From Gammaproteobacteria bacterium (GTDB taxonomy: Bacteria > Pseudomonadota > Gammaproteobacteria > Steroidobacterales > GCA-2729495), in NCBI GenBank assembly GCA_030746435.1, contig JASLMV010000015.1, forward strand, positions 124 to 64,123: DNA of 64,000 bases, given 5' to 3'. A program made the position numbers and the translations under genes. The first letter of the stretch is position 1. Every line of letters begins with the position of its first letter. Of the stretch, positions 1 to 9,048 are shown piece after piece. The notes beneath the pieces were generated by a model. It made no database searches. It was not told the origin of the DNA and was given only the letters and a program-made list of their open reading frames with translations.

Positions 1-449
1 TCGGTATTGTTACGGGCATGGTCGCCGGCCTGGGCACCATTACTCCTGCATCCGGTTTTGTAGGGCCTATGGGAGCGCTGATCATCGGCCTGGCCGCCGG
101 TTTTGTTTGTTTCTGGGCAACCCAGGCTGTGAAGCGCAAATTTGAGATCGATGACTCGCTCGATGTTTTCCCGGTTCACGGAGTAGGTGGTTTCCTGGGG
201 CTTTTGTTAACCGCATTCCTTGCTGACAGCCTGGGTGGCCAGGGGTATCTGAGCGAATCAATATCGAGTCCCGGAGCCCAGTTTATTGAACAATTGATTG
301 GAGGACTATCGGTTGCAATCTGGTGTGCGATCGTCTCATTCATCATCTTCAAGGTTATCGATGCACTAGTCGGGTTGCGTGTATCCGAGGAGGAAGAAAT
401 CGAGGGGCTGGATCTTACGCAGCACGACGAGCGCGGCTACAACACCTAA
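1..449 (+). CDS. amtB: Ammonium transporter (Amt family), C-terminal part; 5' end lies outside the window
   Basis: The frame of ORF 18..449 stays open to the window edge. TM-rich sequence with the Amt block DDSLDVFPVHGVGGFLG. Followed by an intrinsic terminator. Confidence 0.85.
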   Translation, partial: GIVTGMVAGLGTITPASGFVGPMGALIIGLAAGFVCFWATQAVKRKFEIDDSLDVFPVHGVGGFLGLLLTAFLADSLGGQGYLSESISSPGAQFIEQLIGGLSVAIWCAIVSFIIFKVIDALVGLRVSEEEEIEGLDLTQHDERGYNT

Positions 450-501
450 ACAGCCAGCTGAACAATTTGCTGGCCGTTTAAGAAGCTATGGGTTATTGAT
501 T

Positions 502-536
502 TCCCGCGTCCGGTTATCCGGGCGCGGGATTTTTTT
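502..536 (+). terminator. Rho-independent terminator after amtB
   Basis: Stem-loop TCCCGCGTCCGG-ttat-CCGGGCGCGGGA followed by a run of 7 T, about 50 nt after the amtB stop. Confidence 0.7.
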
Positions 537-570
537 GTCTTGCAGTCGAAGTCTTTCGGGTACTGCCTGC

Positions 571-1197
571 TTAGCTTTGCTGAGCTTTCCGGTTTTTTAT
601 TAGTCGAAAATAGACCCGCACCCCCAGCAGCACTGCAAGTATGCCGGCGTAAATGGTCGGTTCCAGGGTATCCAGCTTTACCTGCCACCAGAAATGTGTG
701 CAGGCGAGGATTCCGATGGCATAAACGAGCCGGTGCAGTTTTTGCCAGCGGCGGCCCAAACGCCGTCTCCAGCCGTGCGTTGATGTTATCCCGAGTACGA
801 TCAGGCAGGTCAGCGCTGCTATGCCCAGCGTAATGAAGGACCGCTCAACAATATCCTCTGTGATTGCTCCCAGGTCCAGTCCCTGGTCGGGAATCAGATA
901 GTTCAGGAAGTGTATGCTGACGTAGAAAAGCACGTACAGTCCGGTCATGCGCCGCAGTTGTATAAGCCACACCTGTCCGGTCAGCAGGCGCAAAGGTGTA
1001 AGCGCGAGCGTAACGAGCAGCAGGCGCAGCGCCCATATGCCGATAAAGTCCTGAGTTTCCTCGATCGGGTCTGCACCCAGGCTTAAGCCTGCGAGCCCGA
1101 ATACGGCCAGGGTTAACCATACGAACGGGGCGAGGCAGGCCAGAAACCAGACCGGCTTGATCAACCAGCGAACCTGTCGGGTCGTCGGAAAGTTCAT
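571..1197 (-). CDS. msrQ: Protein-methionine-sulfoxide reductase heme-binding membrane subunit MsrQ (YedZ)
   Basis: Multi-TM protein collinear with E. coli YedZ as I recall it (...WL.K...FLACLAPF.WL...GADP...). Lies directly downstream of msrP. ATG at 1197 (MNFPTTRQVRWL) preferred over the ORF-track start at 1260. Confidence 0.85.
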   Translation of the reverse strand: MNFPTTRQVRWLIKPVWFLACLAPFVWLTLAVFGLAGLSLGADPIEETQDFIGIWALRLLLVTLALTPLRLLTGQVWLIQLRRMTGLYVLFYVSIHFLNYLIPDQGLDLGAITEDIVERSFITLGIAALTCLIVLGITSTHGWRRRLGRRWQKLHRLVYAIGILACTHFWWQVKLDTLEPTIYAGILAVLLGVRVYFRLIKNRKAQQS

Positions 1198-1263
1198 CGT
1201 CGGGTATCCGGGGAACACGCCTGCACTTATGCTGCCAGATTTAGCGCTGCGGATGAGCAAGAA

Positions 1264-2223
1264 TCAGAAATTCTTTGCGAGGTCCATACCGGTATACAAA
1301 CCGGCGACTTGCTCAGCATAGCCGTTAAGCATCAGCGTGGGTATTTTTGATGCAAAAAATCCTGCACCGATCGGCCTTTCACGGGCCTGGCTCCAGCGGG
1401 GATGATCTACTTCGGGATTTACGTTGGCGTAGAACCCGTATTCCCCCGGCAAAGCATCGCTCCAACTGGTGTAGGGCATGGTTTCGGTAAAACTGATGCG
1501 GACGATGGACTTGATGCTCTTGAAGCCGTATTTCCATGGGACGACCAGCCTGAGCGGAGCGCCATTCTGGTTGGGAAGCTCCACCCCGTACAAGCCCGTG
1601 GCGAGTATAGTCAACGGATGCATCGCCTCGTCTATGCGCAGGCCTTCGCGATAGGGCCAGTCGAGTATCGGGCGGTGCTGACCGGGCATCTCGCTCGGTC
1701 GCACGATCGTTTCGAAAGCAACATATTTTGCATTCGACGTGGGCTTAAAACGTTTCAGAAGATCACCGAGCGGGATGCCTACCCACGGCACAACCATTGA
1801 CCAGGCCTCGACACAGCGTAACCGGTAGGTGCGTTCTTCCAGTGTATGCGGGGCCATAATATCTTCGAAGCTGAAAGTGCCGGTCACCTCCGCTGCGCCG
1901 TCAATCGTGACTGACCAGGGCTGTGGTTTAAAGTTGCCGGAATTATCAACCGGATCACTTTTGTTGGTGCCGAATTCGTAGAAATTATTGTAGGTGCTAA
2001 CGTCCTCGAAGGGGTTCGGTTCCTGGGACGTGCTGTAGGGGCTTTTTATGATGCCCTCCAGCTTTCTGTAGCGGGCGGGGATATCCGCAGCCCGGGTAAC
2101 TTGCGGCAACAATGCCGCGGTGCCCGAGAGACCTGCTGCCTGCAGCAGCTTTCGGCGATTCAGGTAAACGGATTCCGGCGTTATATCCGAGCTCTTGATG
2201 TTCCGGGGTTTCTTGATCAGCAT
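1264..2223 (-). CDS. msrP: Protein-methionine-sulfoxide reductase catalytic subunit MsrP (YedY), Mo-pterin, Tat-exported
   Basis: Tat motif [17 protein letters not shown]. Sulfite-oxidase-fold body like YedY. Adjacent to msrQ. Confidence 0.9.
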   Translation of the reverse strand: MLIKKPRNIKSSDITPESVYLNRRKLLQAAGLSGTAALLPQVTRAADIPARYRKLEGIIKSPYSTSQEPNPFEDVSTYNNFYEFGTNKSDPVDNSGNFKPQPWSVTIDGAAEVTGTFSFEDIMAPHTLEERTYRLRCVEAWSMVVPWVGIPLGDLLKRFKPTSNAKYVAFETIVRPSEMPGQHRPILDWPYREGLRIDEAMHPLTILATGLYGVELPNQNGAPLRLVVPWKYGFKSIKSIVRISFTETMPYTSWSDALPGEYGFYANVNPEVDHPRWSQARERPIGAGFFASKIPTLMLNGYAEQVAGLYTGMDLAKNF

Positions 2224-2323
2224 GTTGGTTCCACGGCAGGGCTCTGGTAAGAATACGCAAAGACCCTAAAAGTTCCTGTATACAGTTTGTATCGGCAGGT
2301 GCGTAATAATCAGATTATAGTTA

Positions 2324-3385
2324 ATGATGTTATATGTAACCCGGATAATTCAGGACTTATCCAAATCTTTACGGGCGATCGTTCTGCTCCTTTCCGGGCT
2401 GACACTCATTGTCGGCTGCGACAGCAGCCAGGGGCCTGATACAGAACGTCCGGTCATGATTGCGGGTACCACTTTTCCTGACACGGCGGGCGAAGGCCAC
2501 TGGTTAGGTTTTTACGAGCGCCTCGTCGAAGCTACCGGCGGGCAGATGCCTTTGCGTCTGCTGATCTATGGTCAGCTTGGTTCGGAGGACCAGCTTGTCT
2601 CCGGGCTCAGGCGCGGCCGCGTGCAGTTCGCAAACTTGTCGGCCATGGCGGTGTCAACCGTAGTCCCGGAAATGGCTTTGCTGTATGCGCCCTTTCTTTT
2701 TGACGATGAAGCCGAGGCGGATTACGTTTATGACCGGTATCTCACGCCACTGTACAGGGGATTGCTGGCCGAAAAAGGGCTGCACCTGGTGAGTTGGTAT
2801 GAGATTGGTTTCCTCGAGGTCTACGGCAAGGAGCCGGTGCTGGTGCCGGGGGATGCGAGGGGCCGTCGTTTCCGTGTCGGTGCGGGGCCGGCCGCGCGAC
2901 TGTTTGCGGGCGCCATCGGTGCGGACGTTATTCCGCTCGGTTTTGCAGATGTGGTCGCCTCACTACAGACTGGTTTGATCGAATCGGGTGAGAACTCGGT
3001 CAGCCTGTACGCGCGTACCGGCATAGCCGGCGAAGCTCCCCACCTCACGATGACAGACCATGCTTTCGGCATCTCGGCGATAGTAGCGAGCAAGGACTGG
3101 TGGGACTCTTTAAGTTATGAGCGGCAACAGCAGGTCAGTAATGCCTGGCCGGACATCGCCGAGACACGCCGCGCAGTGCGCGCCGAATCACAGAGTGATT
3201 TGCAGTATGCTGCCGAACTCGGGATTGTGGTGCATCATCTTAGTAAGGAACAACGTGGACTCTGGCGGGAAGTAACGGCGGGTGCGACCGACAGGATTAT
3301 CGAAATCATCGGCGGTCGTTCGAGGGAAGTTTACGAAGTTATCCGGAACGCAAGGCAGGAGCACCGTCTGCAGCGTAACAACTAG
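2324..3385 (+). CDS. DctP-type TRAP transporter solute-binding protein (lipoprotein), orphan
   Basis: DctP-like blocks (LGSEDQLVSGLRRGRVQFANLS, LFDDEAEADYVYD, RFRVG...). Lipobox LIVGC. No dctQ/dctM in the window. Confidence 0.65.
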   Translation: MMLYVTRIIQDLSKSLRAIVLLLSGLTLIVGCDSSQGPDTERPVMIAGTTFPDTAGEGHWLGFYERLVEATGGQMPLRLLIYGQLGSEDQLVSGLRRGRVQFANLSAMAVSTVVPEMALLYAPFLFDDEAEADYVYDRYLTPLYRGLLAEKGLHLVSWYEIGFLEVYGKEPVLVPGDARGRRFRVGAGPAARLFAGAIGADVIPLGFADVVASLQTGLIESGENSVSLYARTGIAGEAPHLTMTDHAFGISAIVASKDWWDSLSYERQQQVSNAWPDIAETRRAVRAESQSDLQYAAELGIVVHHLSKEQRGLWREVTAGATDRIIEIIGGRSREVYEVIRNARQEHRLQRNN

Positions 3386-4803
3386 CCTGTTTCTTCACCG
3401 GTAGTACTCGTGGGCAGCTCGATGCGTTCGCCCTTTTCATCGTCGGTATCGTCTTCTTCAATTTCACCTGCGAGGTACATGAACTCGTGGCTTAGCCTAT
3501 TGTTGGGTGTTGCAACAGGCTCGCCGTCTACCATGCGAGGCCTGTAGCCTATCCGGGAAACCAGTATCTTTATGCGTTTATCTATCAGGCCGGGCGGATC
3601 GGATTCAAGCACTTCCACATTTTTCACGCGCCCGCTCTTGTCTATATCGTAACTAATATTTACGTAACCGGTCAGGAATGCATCCGGTTGTTTATGTAGT
3701 AGCTTGCGGTTCTTGGATCGGCTGGGGTACACATCGGGCAGGCGTTCCGCCCGTATCCCCACCGGAGTTCCGAAATAGTTGTTGTGTAGTTTGTCAGCTT
3801 CATCTTCTTCTGCCAGTATCTGCCATGCGCTTTGGTAGACACGGCGAGCATCGCGCATGCTGCCTAACATGCTGTAGTTGTCGCCGAGTTCAATGAGTAT
3901 GTCGGCGGTCAGGACAGGATCAGGCTCCGCGCTTGTCTCGTTGAGCCTGATAGCCTGTTTCAGGAGGCGAATAGATGTAGCCTGATTTACGCTGCGCATA
4001 TACGCAGCAGACAAGCCGCGCAATGCATTGATCTGCAGTGTACTGTTCTGGCCCTCAAGCTGCCTGATTGCATTAACCGCAAACGTGTACTGCTGTTGTT
4101 CTTTCTCCGGCTGGTTTGTACGTTGGTACCACTCGGCCAGTTTAAAAACGGCGGGGACAACCAGTTCCAGATCATCTCCATGCTCCTGCCGGATGATCAT
4201 TGCCTGAACCTGCTGCTGAAATCCGGCGTTTTGCATATCGCCGAGCCCAACATAACTTTCGGTCAGCCCGTCGCGTATTTTCATTTGATCTACGTTAAAC
4301 AGTCCGTGCTCGACGTGGTAGATCCTTAATGCGCGTTCATAAACGGCCAGGCCGAGGTCATAGTTTTCCATCGCGTTGTGTTCGGCAGCCACACCCAGCA
4401 ACGGATTGACCAGCCTTGGCGAAATAATTCCCTGGGTTGCTTCGATTATGGCGACGCTGGCCTGATAATTCATCAGAGCCGCGGGGTGGTCGCCCAGTTT
4501 TGCCTGAGCAGTTGCCAGGTTCGTGAGCGCCAGGCCCGCTTCCAGGGATGCCTCGCCGTAAATAGCGTGTGTATGTTCGACCACCTGCGCCGCGGCGACC
4601 AGGGCGAGCTGGTACTGCTCTTCGGCGTAATAGTCCATAAAGCGCTGGTGGGCATCATCCAGCGTTGCCTTTCGGTTATGCAGTTCCTGAGTGGGGCTAT
4701 TGTCACCGGCTGCGGGCGGATCCTGGGCCACGCCCGCACCTGCCGCCAGCAACAGGGACAGCGCAAGGCACAAGCCATTATATTGAGTGCTTCGGATACC
4801 CAT
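3382..4803 (-). CDS. Secreted TPR-like repeat protein with C-terminal TonB_C-like domain
   Basis: Signal peptide (LLLAAGAGVA/QD). Long helical-repeat region. C-terminus GYVNISYDIDKSGRVKNVEVLESDP...GYRPRMVDGEPV resembles the TonB C-terminal domain. No TM anchor or Pro-rich spacer. Confidence 0.5.
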   Translation of the reverse strand: MGIRSTQYNGLCLALSLLLAAGAGVAQDPPAAGDNSPTQELHNRKATLDDAHQRFMDYYAEEQYQLALVAAAQVVEHTHAIYGEASLEAGLALTNLATAQAKLGDHPAALMNYQASVAIIEATQGIISPRLVNPLLGVAAEHNAMENYDLGLAVYERALRIYHVEHGLFNVDQMKIRDGLTESYVGLGDMQNAGFQQQVQAMIIRQEHGDDLELVVPAVFKLAEWYQRTNQPEKEQQQYTFAVNAIRQLEGQNSTLQINALRGLSAAYMRSVNQATSIRLLKQAIRLNETSAEPDPVLTADILIELGDNYSMLGSMRDARRVYQSAWQILAEEDEADKLHNNYFGTPVGIRAERLPDVYPSRSKNRKLLHKQPDAFLTGYVNISYDIDKSGRVKNVEVLESDPPGLIDKRIKILVSRIGYRPRMVDGEPVATPNNRLSHEFMYLAGEIEEDDTDDEKGERIELPTSTTGEETG

Positions 4804-5118
4804 AAGTCTGCGGTTCTGAGAAATCGTTTAGACGCGTCAACCAGTTATTCGTTCGTTCTTTGTAAGCACTGACACGTGGTAGTGCGCCACATGGATTCTA
4901 GCAGGAGAGAACAGCATAAAAGGCGAGCGCATAGACCGTCATCCGGACAAGTGTGGCAAGCACGTGGCCAACCAGGGGCGCAGCCTCCGGATGAGTTAGT
5001 CGCTCCTCACGGCTGGCACCTCCCGGGGATGCGCCGGCTTTTTCATTTCCGTATAAACTGAAGGGAACCAAAAAGTGGATGCATTGCCCAAACCTTTCGT
5101 TCAAACGATATAGATCTG

Positions 5119-5754
5119 ATGGGGTTTTTTTCCAGGAAAACAGAAATACCGGAGGCTGACCAGGCCCTGTCGGGTCGCGCAGATACCATGCCGGTTTCCG
5201 GTATACATTTTGTCAATGGTCATTCGACCATCGAACTGTTTCCCGCAGGCATGGAAAAAGCAATATTTGGACTGGGCTGTTTCTGGGGCGCCGAAAAATA
5301 CTTCTGGGAACTACCGGGTGTGTATAGCACAGCCGTGGGTTACTCGGCAGGCACCACCCCAAACCCGGGCTACGAGGAAGTATGTACTGGCCTGACCGGC
5401 CACAACGAAGTAGTCATGGTCGTATTTGATCCGAAGACCTGCTCATACGAGCAGTTACTGAAAGTGTTCTGGGAAGTGCATGATCCGACCCAGGGGATGC
5501 GTCAGGGTAACGATGTGGGTACGCAGTACCGTTCGGGCATATACACCCTGAGTGATGAACAGAAACAGGCTGCAATGTACTCGAAAGAAGCTTTCCAGGA
5601 GTCCCTGACTGCGTCAGGATACGGAAATATTACGACAGAGATTCAGGAAGCCGGGCCTTTCTACTATGCCGAGGATTATCACCAGCAATACCTCGCCAAG
5701 AACCCGACCGGATATTGCGGCCTTGGCGGGACCGGCGTGCGGATGCCTGCCTAA
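5119..5754 (+). CDS. msrA: Peptide-methionine (S)-S-oxide reductase MsrA
   Basis: GLGCFWGAE active-site motif. Full-length collinearity with MsrA. Confidence 0.95.
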   Translation: MGFFSRKTEIPEADQALSGRADTMPVSGIHFVNGHSTIELFPAGMEKAIFGLGCFWGAEKYFWELPGVYSTAVGYSAGTTPNPGYEEVCTGLTGHNEVVMVVFDPKTCSYEQLLKVFWEVHDPTQGMRQGNDVGTQYRSGIYTLSDEQKQAAMYSKEAFQESLTASGYGNITTEIQEAGPFYYAEDYHQQYLAKNPTGYCGLGGTGVRMPA

Positions 5755-6107
5755 TTCAGTACCCGGTAGCCGCGGCCCCTCAGGCAGTTTTTGACGACGG
5801 CCTGTTTTTCGTTCGCTGCCCTGCCGCCCGACTTGGTCGCACCGACTATTGCTCCGCTTGCAGCCCCACGTTTTCCGCTGCCGCCGCTAACGGCACCTAA
5901 CGCGCCTCCGACTGCGGCGCCAACCGCAGCGCCCTTGGTAACGCCGGACGATGTGTCTACCTGCAGGGCATACTGCTGGCACTCAGCCAGATCTTGCTGG
6001 TAAACGGTCATATCCACGCCCTTCGTATCTATGATGGGTTGTGGTGCCGATGAGCAGCCGGCGATGAGCAGCAGGGCCAGCCCTGCGAAGCGGTATTTGG
6101 TATCCAT
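5751..6107 (-). CDS. Glycine-zipper lipoprotein (small outer-membrane lipoprotein family)
   Basis: Lipobox LLIAGCSS. Gly/Ala zipper [23 protein letters not shown] at 6107 preferred. The stop overlaps the msrA stop. Confidence 0.7.
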   Translation of the reverse strand: MDTKYRFAGLALLLIAGCSSAPQPIIDTKGVDMTVYQQDLAECQQYALQVDTSSGVTKGAAVGAAVGGALGAVSGGSGKRGAASGAIVGATKSGGRAANEKQAVVKNCLRGRGYRVLN

Positions 6108-6296
6108 GTCTCTGTAACGCCTTATCCCTAGCGAAGTTGACACCACAATACCTGATTTTCCCCCTGCCGGAGAGCCCGCCGGGCCGGTTACTTATGTTTA
6201 AAAGTGTGACATCGGCCAGCCTGCAAGGGGGGCAATCTCCCTAGAATCAGTGGGATAACCATGCGGGCAGCCCCCTGCAGGGGGCCTTGCAAGTAT

Positions 6297-7622
6297 ATGC
6301 GAAGAGTCAAGATAGATACGGCCAACCTTATAGCTGGAATGTACGTTGCCCAGCTCGATCGCCCGTGGCTGGAGACACCGTTCCTGTTCCAGGGTTTTGA
6401 GATTCGGGACGATTCGGAAATCGATCTCCTGAAACACTATTGCCGCCATGTGTATATTGACGTCATGCGCGGCAGCGTATCCGAGGAAGAAATCAAGAAA
6501 TACACCGATCGATCCGGCACGGAAGTGGCGCTGAAAACCGGCCAGTACAAACCCAAAGTAGCGCCCAGGCCAACGCTAAAGCACCATATTCTGAGTGCGC
6601 TCAGCAAAATCGACCCAACTGGCCGCATCGCTCACCAGCTTGAAGGTTCCAGAACCTATCGGATCAAGACACCAATCAAGCGGGAAATGCCGCAGGCAAT
6701 GGCAGCCTATGAAGTTGCAATGATCACGATGAACAATGTGCTGGAGCATGTGCGGGAAGGGCGCACTGTCGACGTGGGCCAAGTGCAGGAAGCTGCCGGG
6801 CCGATTATAAACAGTGTCCTGCGTAACCCCGGCGCTATGGGCTGGTTCGTTCTGCTGAATAAGCGTGACGAATATGCCTACAGCCACTCGATTGCTTCTT
6901 CGGTATGGGCAGTTGTGCTCGGTCGCCACCTGGGCTTTGATCATGCGGCGCTGGAAATGCTCGCACTCGGCGGCATGCTGCTCGATATTGGCAAGGCGTG
7001 CATCCCGGAAGCCCTTTTGCGGAAAACCGACAAATTGACCAATGTCGAAAAAGACCTGTTGGCCCGCCATGTCGAATACGGGCTCGAATTGGTTAGTGAC
7101 TATCCTGGTATCGGCCGCGAAGTGCTCGACATGATAGGTAGCCATCATGAACGGCTCGATGGCTCAGGTTATCCCGACGGCTTGCAGGGCTCTGATATCC
7201 ACGCATACGGGCGTATTGCCGGTCTGGTCGATTGCTATGACGCGATGACCGGCAACAGGCCCTATGCAGCGGCCATGTCTTCATATGACGCGGTTTGTGA
7301 ACTTAATGCGTTGGCTGAAGTGCATTTTCAGAAAGAACTGGTCGAGCAGTTTGTGCAGGCGCTGGGGATGTTTCCGACGGGGAGTATTGTCGAGCTCAAT
7401 AGCGGCGAGGTCGGGATTGTGGTCGAGCAGAACCGCGTCCGCCGGCTGCGCCCGAAGGTGATGCTGGTGCTGAGTCCGGACAAACAGCCCCTGAAGAAAA
7501 ATCCTACTGTTGATCTCCGTAAAGTATCGGGTGATGCAAGCAAGCGAAACTCCAGGTGGATACTCAAGGGCTACGAATCTGGTGCATTCGGAATAGATCC
7601 CGGCGACTACTTCATCGTCTAG
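6297..7622 (+). CDS. DUF3391 + HD-GYP domain protein (HD dyad reads LD)
   Basis: N-terminal GMYVAQLDRPWLETPF (DUF3391 type). HD-GYP blocks HSIASSV, LLDIGK, HHERLDGSGYPDGL, DCYDAMT. ATG at 6297 preferred over 6261. Confidence 0.85.
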   Translation: MRRVKIDTANLIAGMYVAQLDRPWLETPFLFQGFEIRDDSEIDLLKHYCRHVYIDVMRGSVSEEEIKKYTDRSGTEVALKTGQYKPKVAPRPTLKHHILSALSKIDPTGRIAHQLEGSRTYRIKTPIKREMPQAMAAYEVAMITMNNVLEHVREGRTVDVGQVQEAAGPIINSVLRNPGAMGWFVLLNKRDEYAYSHSIASSVWAVVLGRHLGFDHAALEMLALGGMLLDIGKACIPEALLRKTDKLTNVEKDLLARHVEYGLELVSDYPGIGREVLDMIGSHHERLDGSGYPDGLQGSDIHAYGRIAGLVDCYDAMTGNRPYAAAMSSYDAVCELNALAEVHFQKELVEQFVQALGMFPTGSIVELNSGEVGIVVEQNRVRRLRPKVMLVLSPDKQPLKKNPTVDLRKVSGDASKRNSRWILKGYESGAFGIDPGDYFIV

Positions 7623-7638
7623 CCGGCGATTCCCGAAA

Positions 7639-8919
7639 ATGGCTACCAGGATAAAAAACTTAAGCGAGCTTCTGGTCGAGATTGACAGGCTGCGTTCGGG
7701 CGCTGCCGGTGCATCGGTTGGCCTGATGATCGGGGAACTGCAGGGGCTGAAAAAAATCAATGCGCGGCATGGTTACGGGACAGGTGATGCCGCTATCGAG
7801 GTTTTCCACGAAAGAATAAGGGGTGTGGTACACGATAGTGACCTTCTGGTTCGGATAAATGGCAAGAAGTTTGCGCTGATCGTGAGCGACGCTTCACACG
7901 ATGGGCATGCGCTGGCGACAGCGGAGAAAATTGCCTCGCTGGCGGAAGAATGGATCGTTATCAAGGATGTGCGGTTGCGGCTTACTGTAAATATGGGGGT
8001 CTCCCTGTTCCCCTCGCTGGCAGATTCTCCCGAGGTGCTGTTGGCGCAGGCTGAAGCAGCGCTGGAGCGTTGTATAGCATTGCATGAGCGCTTCATCCTT
8101 TGGCGGCCTGATATCAACAACGGTTCGGCCGTGCAGACCCACCCGCTGTTCGATGCAAAGAGCGCGATAGATAACGGTGAGTTTCGTCTGCACTATCAAC
8201 CGAAAGTTGACTTGCAAAGCGGGGATACTGTGGGCGCAGAAGTGCTCGTCCGCTGGCAGAGCATGGATGGGCTGATCGCGCCGGGCAGTTTCCTGAACGA
8301 GATAGAGCGGTCGCGGACCGTTGCGCCGCTATTGCGTTTCGTAGTCAACAGCGCTTCCAGGGAAATGGCTCGCTGGATACGGTGGGCCCCGGATTTCACA
8401 GTCGCAATTAATGCGACTCCTACCGATATTGAAGATATTGATCTTGTCGATGTGCTGGCCGACGTCCTGGACATGTGGGGGTTGGATCCCAAGCACCTTA
8501 TTCTCGAGCTGACCGAAACGACGCTCATGCACGATATAGACAAGGGCATCGAAACCCTGCAGAAACTTCGTGAATTCGGCGTACGCACATCTATAGATGA
8601 TTTCGGCACCGGCTATTCCAGCCTCGCCTATCTTCGGCAGTTACCCGTTGACGAAATTAAGATAGACCGGTCTTTCGTATTGCGGATACTCGAAGATGAG
8701 ACCGACCAGCACATAGTTGAGTCGCTTGTCGCCCTCGCCCAGGCCATGGGTCTGCGGGTTGTAGCCGAAGGCATCGAAAGCAAGGCGGTTGCCATCGCGC
8801 TTGCCGGCATGGGCTGTGATTTGGGCCAGGGTTTTCATTTTGGCCATCCGGTCATCGCCAGGGAGTTCGAAGACCGCTGGCTGCGTGGCAACCACGGGCA
8901 ATCCTCGGCCAGCGCCTGA
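7639..8919 (+). CDS. Degenerate GGDEF + EAL domain protein (probable c-di-GMP phosphodiesterase)
   Basis: The GGDEF position reads RINGKKFALIV. EAL-domain blocks are intact: YQPKV, ILELTE, AINATP, DDFGTGYSSLAYL, KIDRSF, VAEGIE, GQGFHFG. Confidence 0.85.
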   Translation: MATRIKNLSELLVEIDRLRSGAAGASVGLMIGELQGLKKINARHGYGTGDAAIEVFHERIRGVVHDSDLLVRINGKKFALIVSDASHDGHALATAEKIASLAEEWIVIKDVRLRLTVNMGVSLFPSLADSPEVLLAQAEAALERCIALHERFILWRPDINNGSAVQTHPLFDAKSAIDNGEFRLHYQPKVDLQSGDTVGAEVLVRWQSMDGLIAPGSFLNEIERSRTVAPLLRFVVNSASREMARWIRWAPDFTVAINATPTDIEDIDLVDVLADVLDMWGLDPKHLILELTETTLMHDIDKGIETLQKLREFGVRTSIDDFGTGYSSLAYLRQLPVDEIKIDRSFVLRILEDETDQHIVESLVALAQAMGLRVVAEGIESKAVAIALAGMGCDLGQGFHFGHPVIAREFEDRWLRGNHGQSSASA

Positions 8920-9048
8920 CCCGCTATCGTCCGGTTGCCGCGCCGGGTTCCACTTTTCGGTCATCTTAGTTTCCTCACCTGCTTCGAACAATTCCTATGG
9001 GGTATGCTTGGCCGCAATACCAAGAACCAAGCAGGTGGGAGAATAGCC

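Noticed and set aside
4804-5118. 315-bp spacer upstream of msrA with two small ORFs (4876..5061 plus strand, 4898..5104 minus strand) and a weak CCGG-n7-CCGG-CTTTTTC hairpin, considered as a small protein or sRNA.
   Set aside because: There is no Shine-Dalgarno, no recognisable peptide features beyond one hydrophobic stretch, only a 4-bp stem, and no convincing promoter. This is insufficient to call anything; RNA-seq could revisit it.
6261-6296. Upstream start codons offered by the ORF track: 6261 for HD-GYP-1, 8935 for DUF1838-1, 20605 for CbiX-like-2, 22650 for the SDR, 63321 for the CBS-like gene, and 59369 for the ASST-like gene.
   Set aside because: The extensions are Arg/Cys-rich, lack family similarity, and in several cases overlap the neighbouring gene. 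Internal ATGs give proper signal peptides or family N-termini, and some have visible SD sequences.
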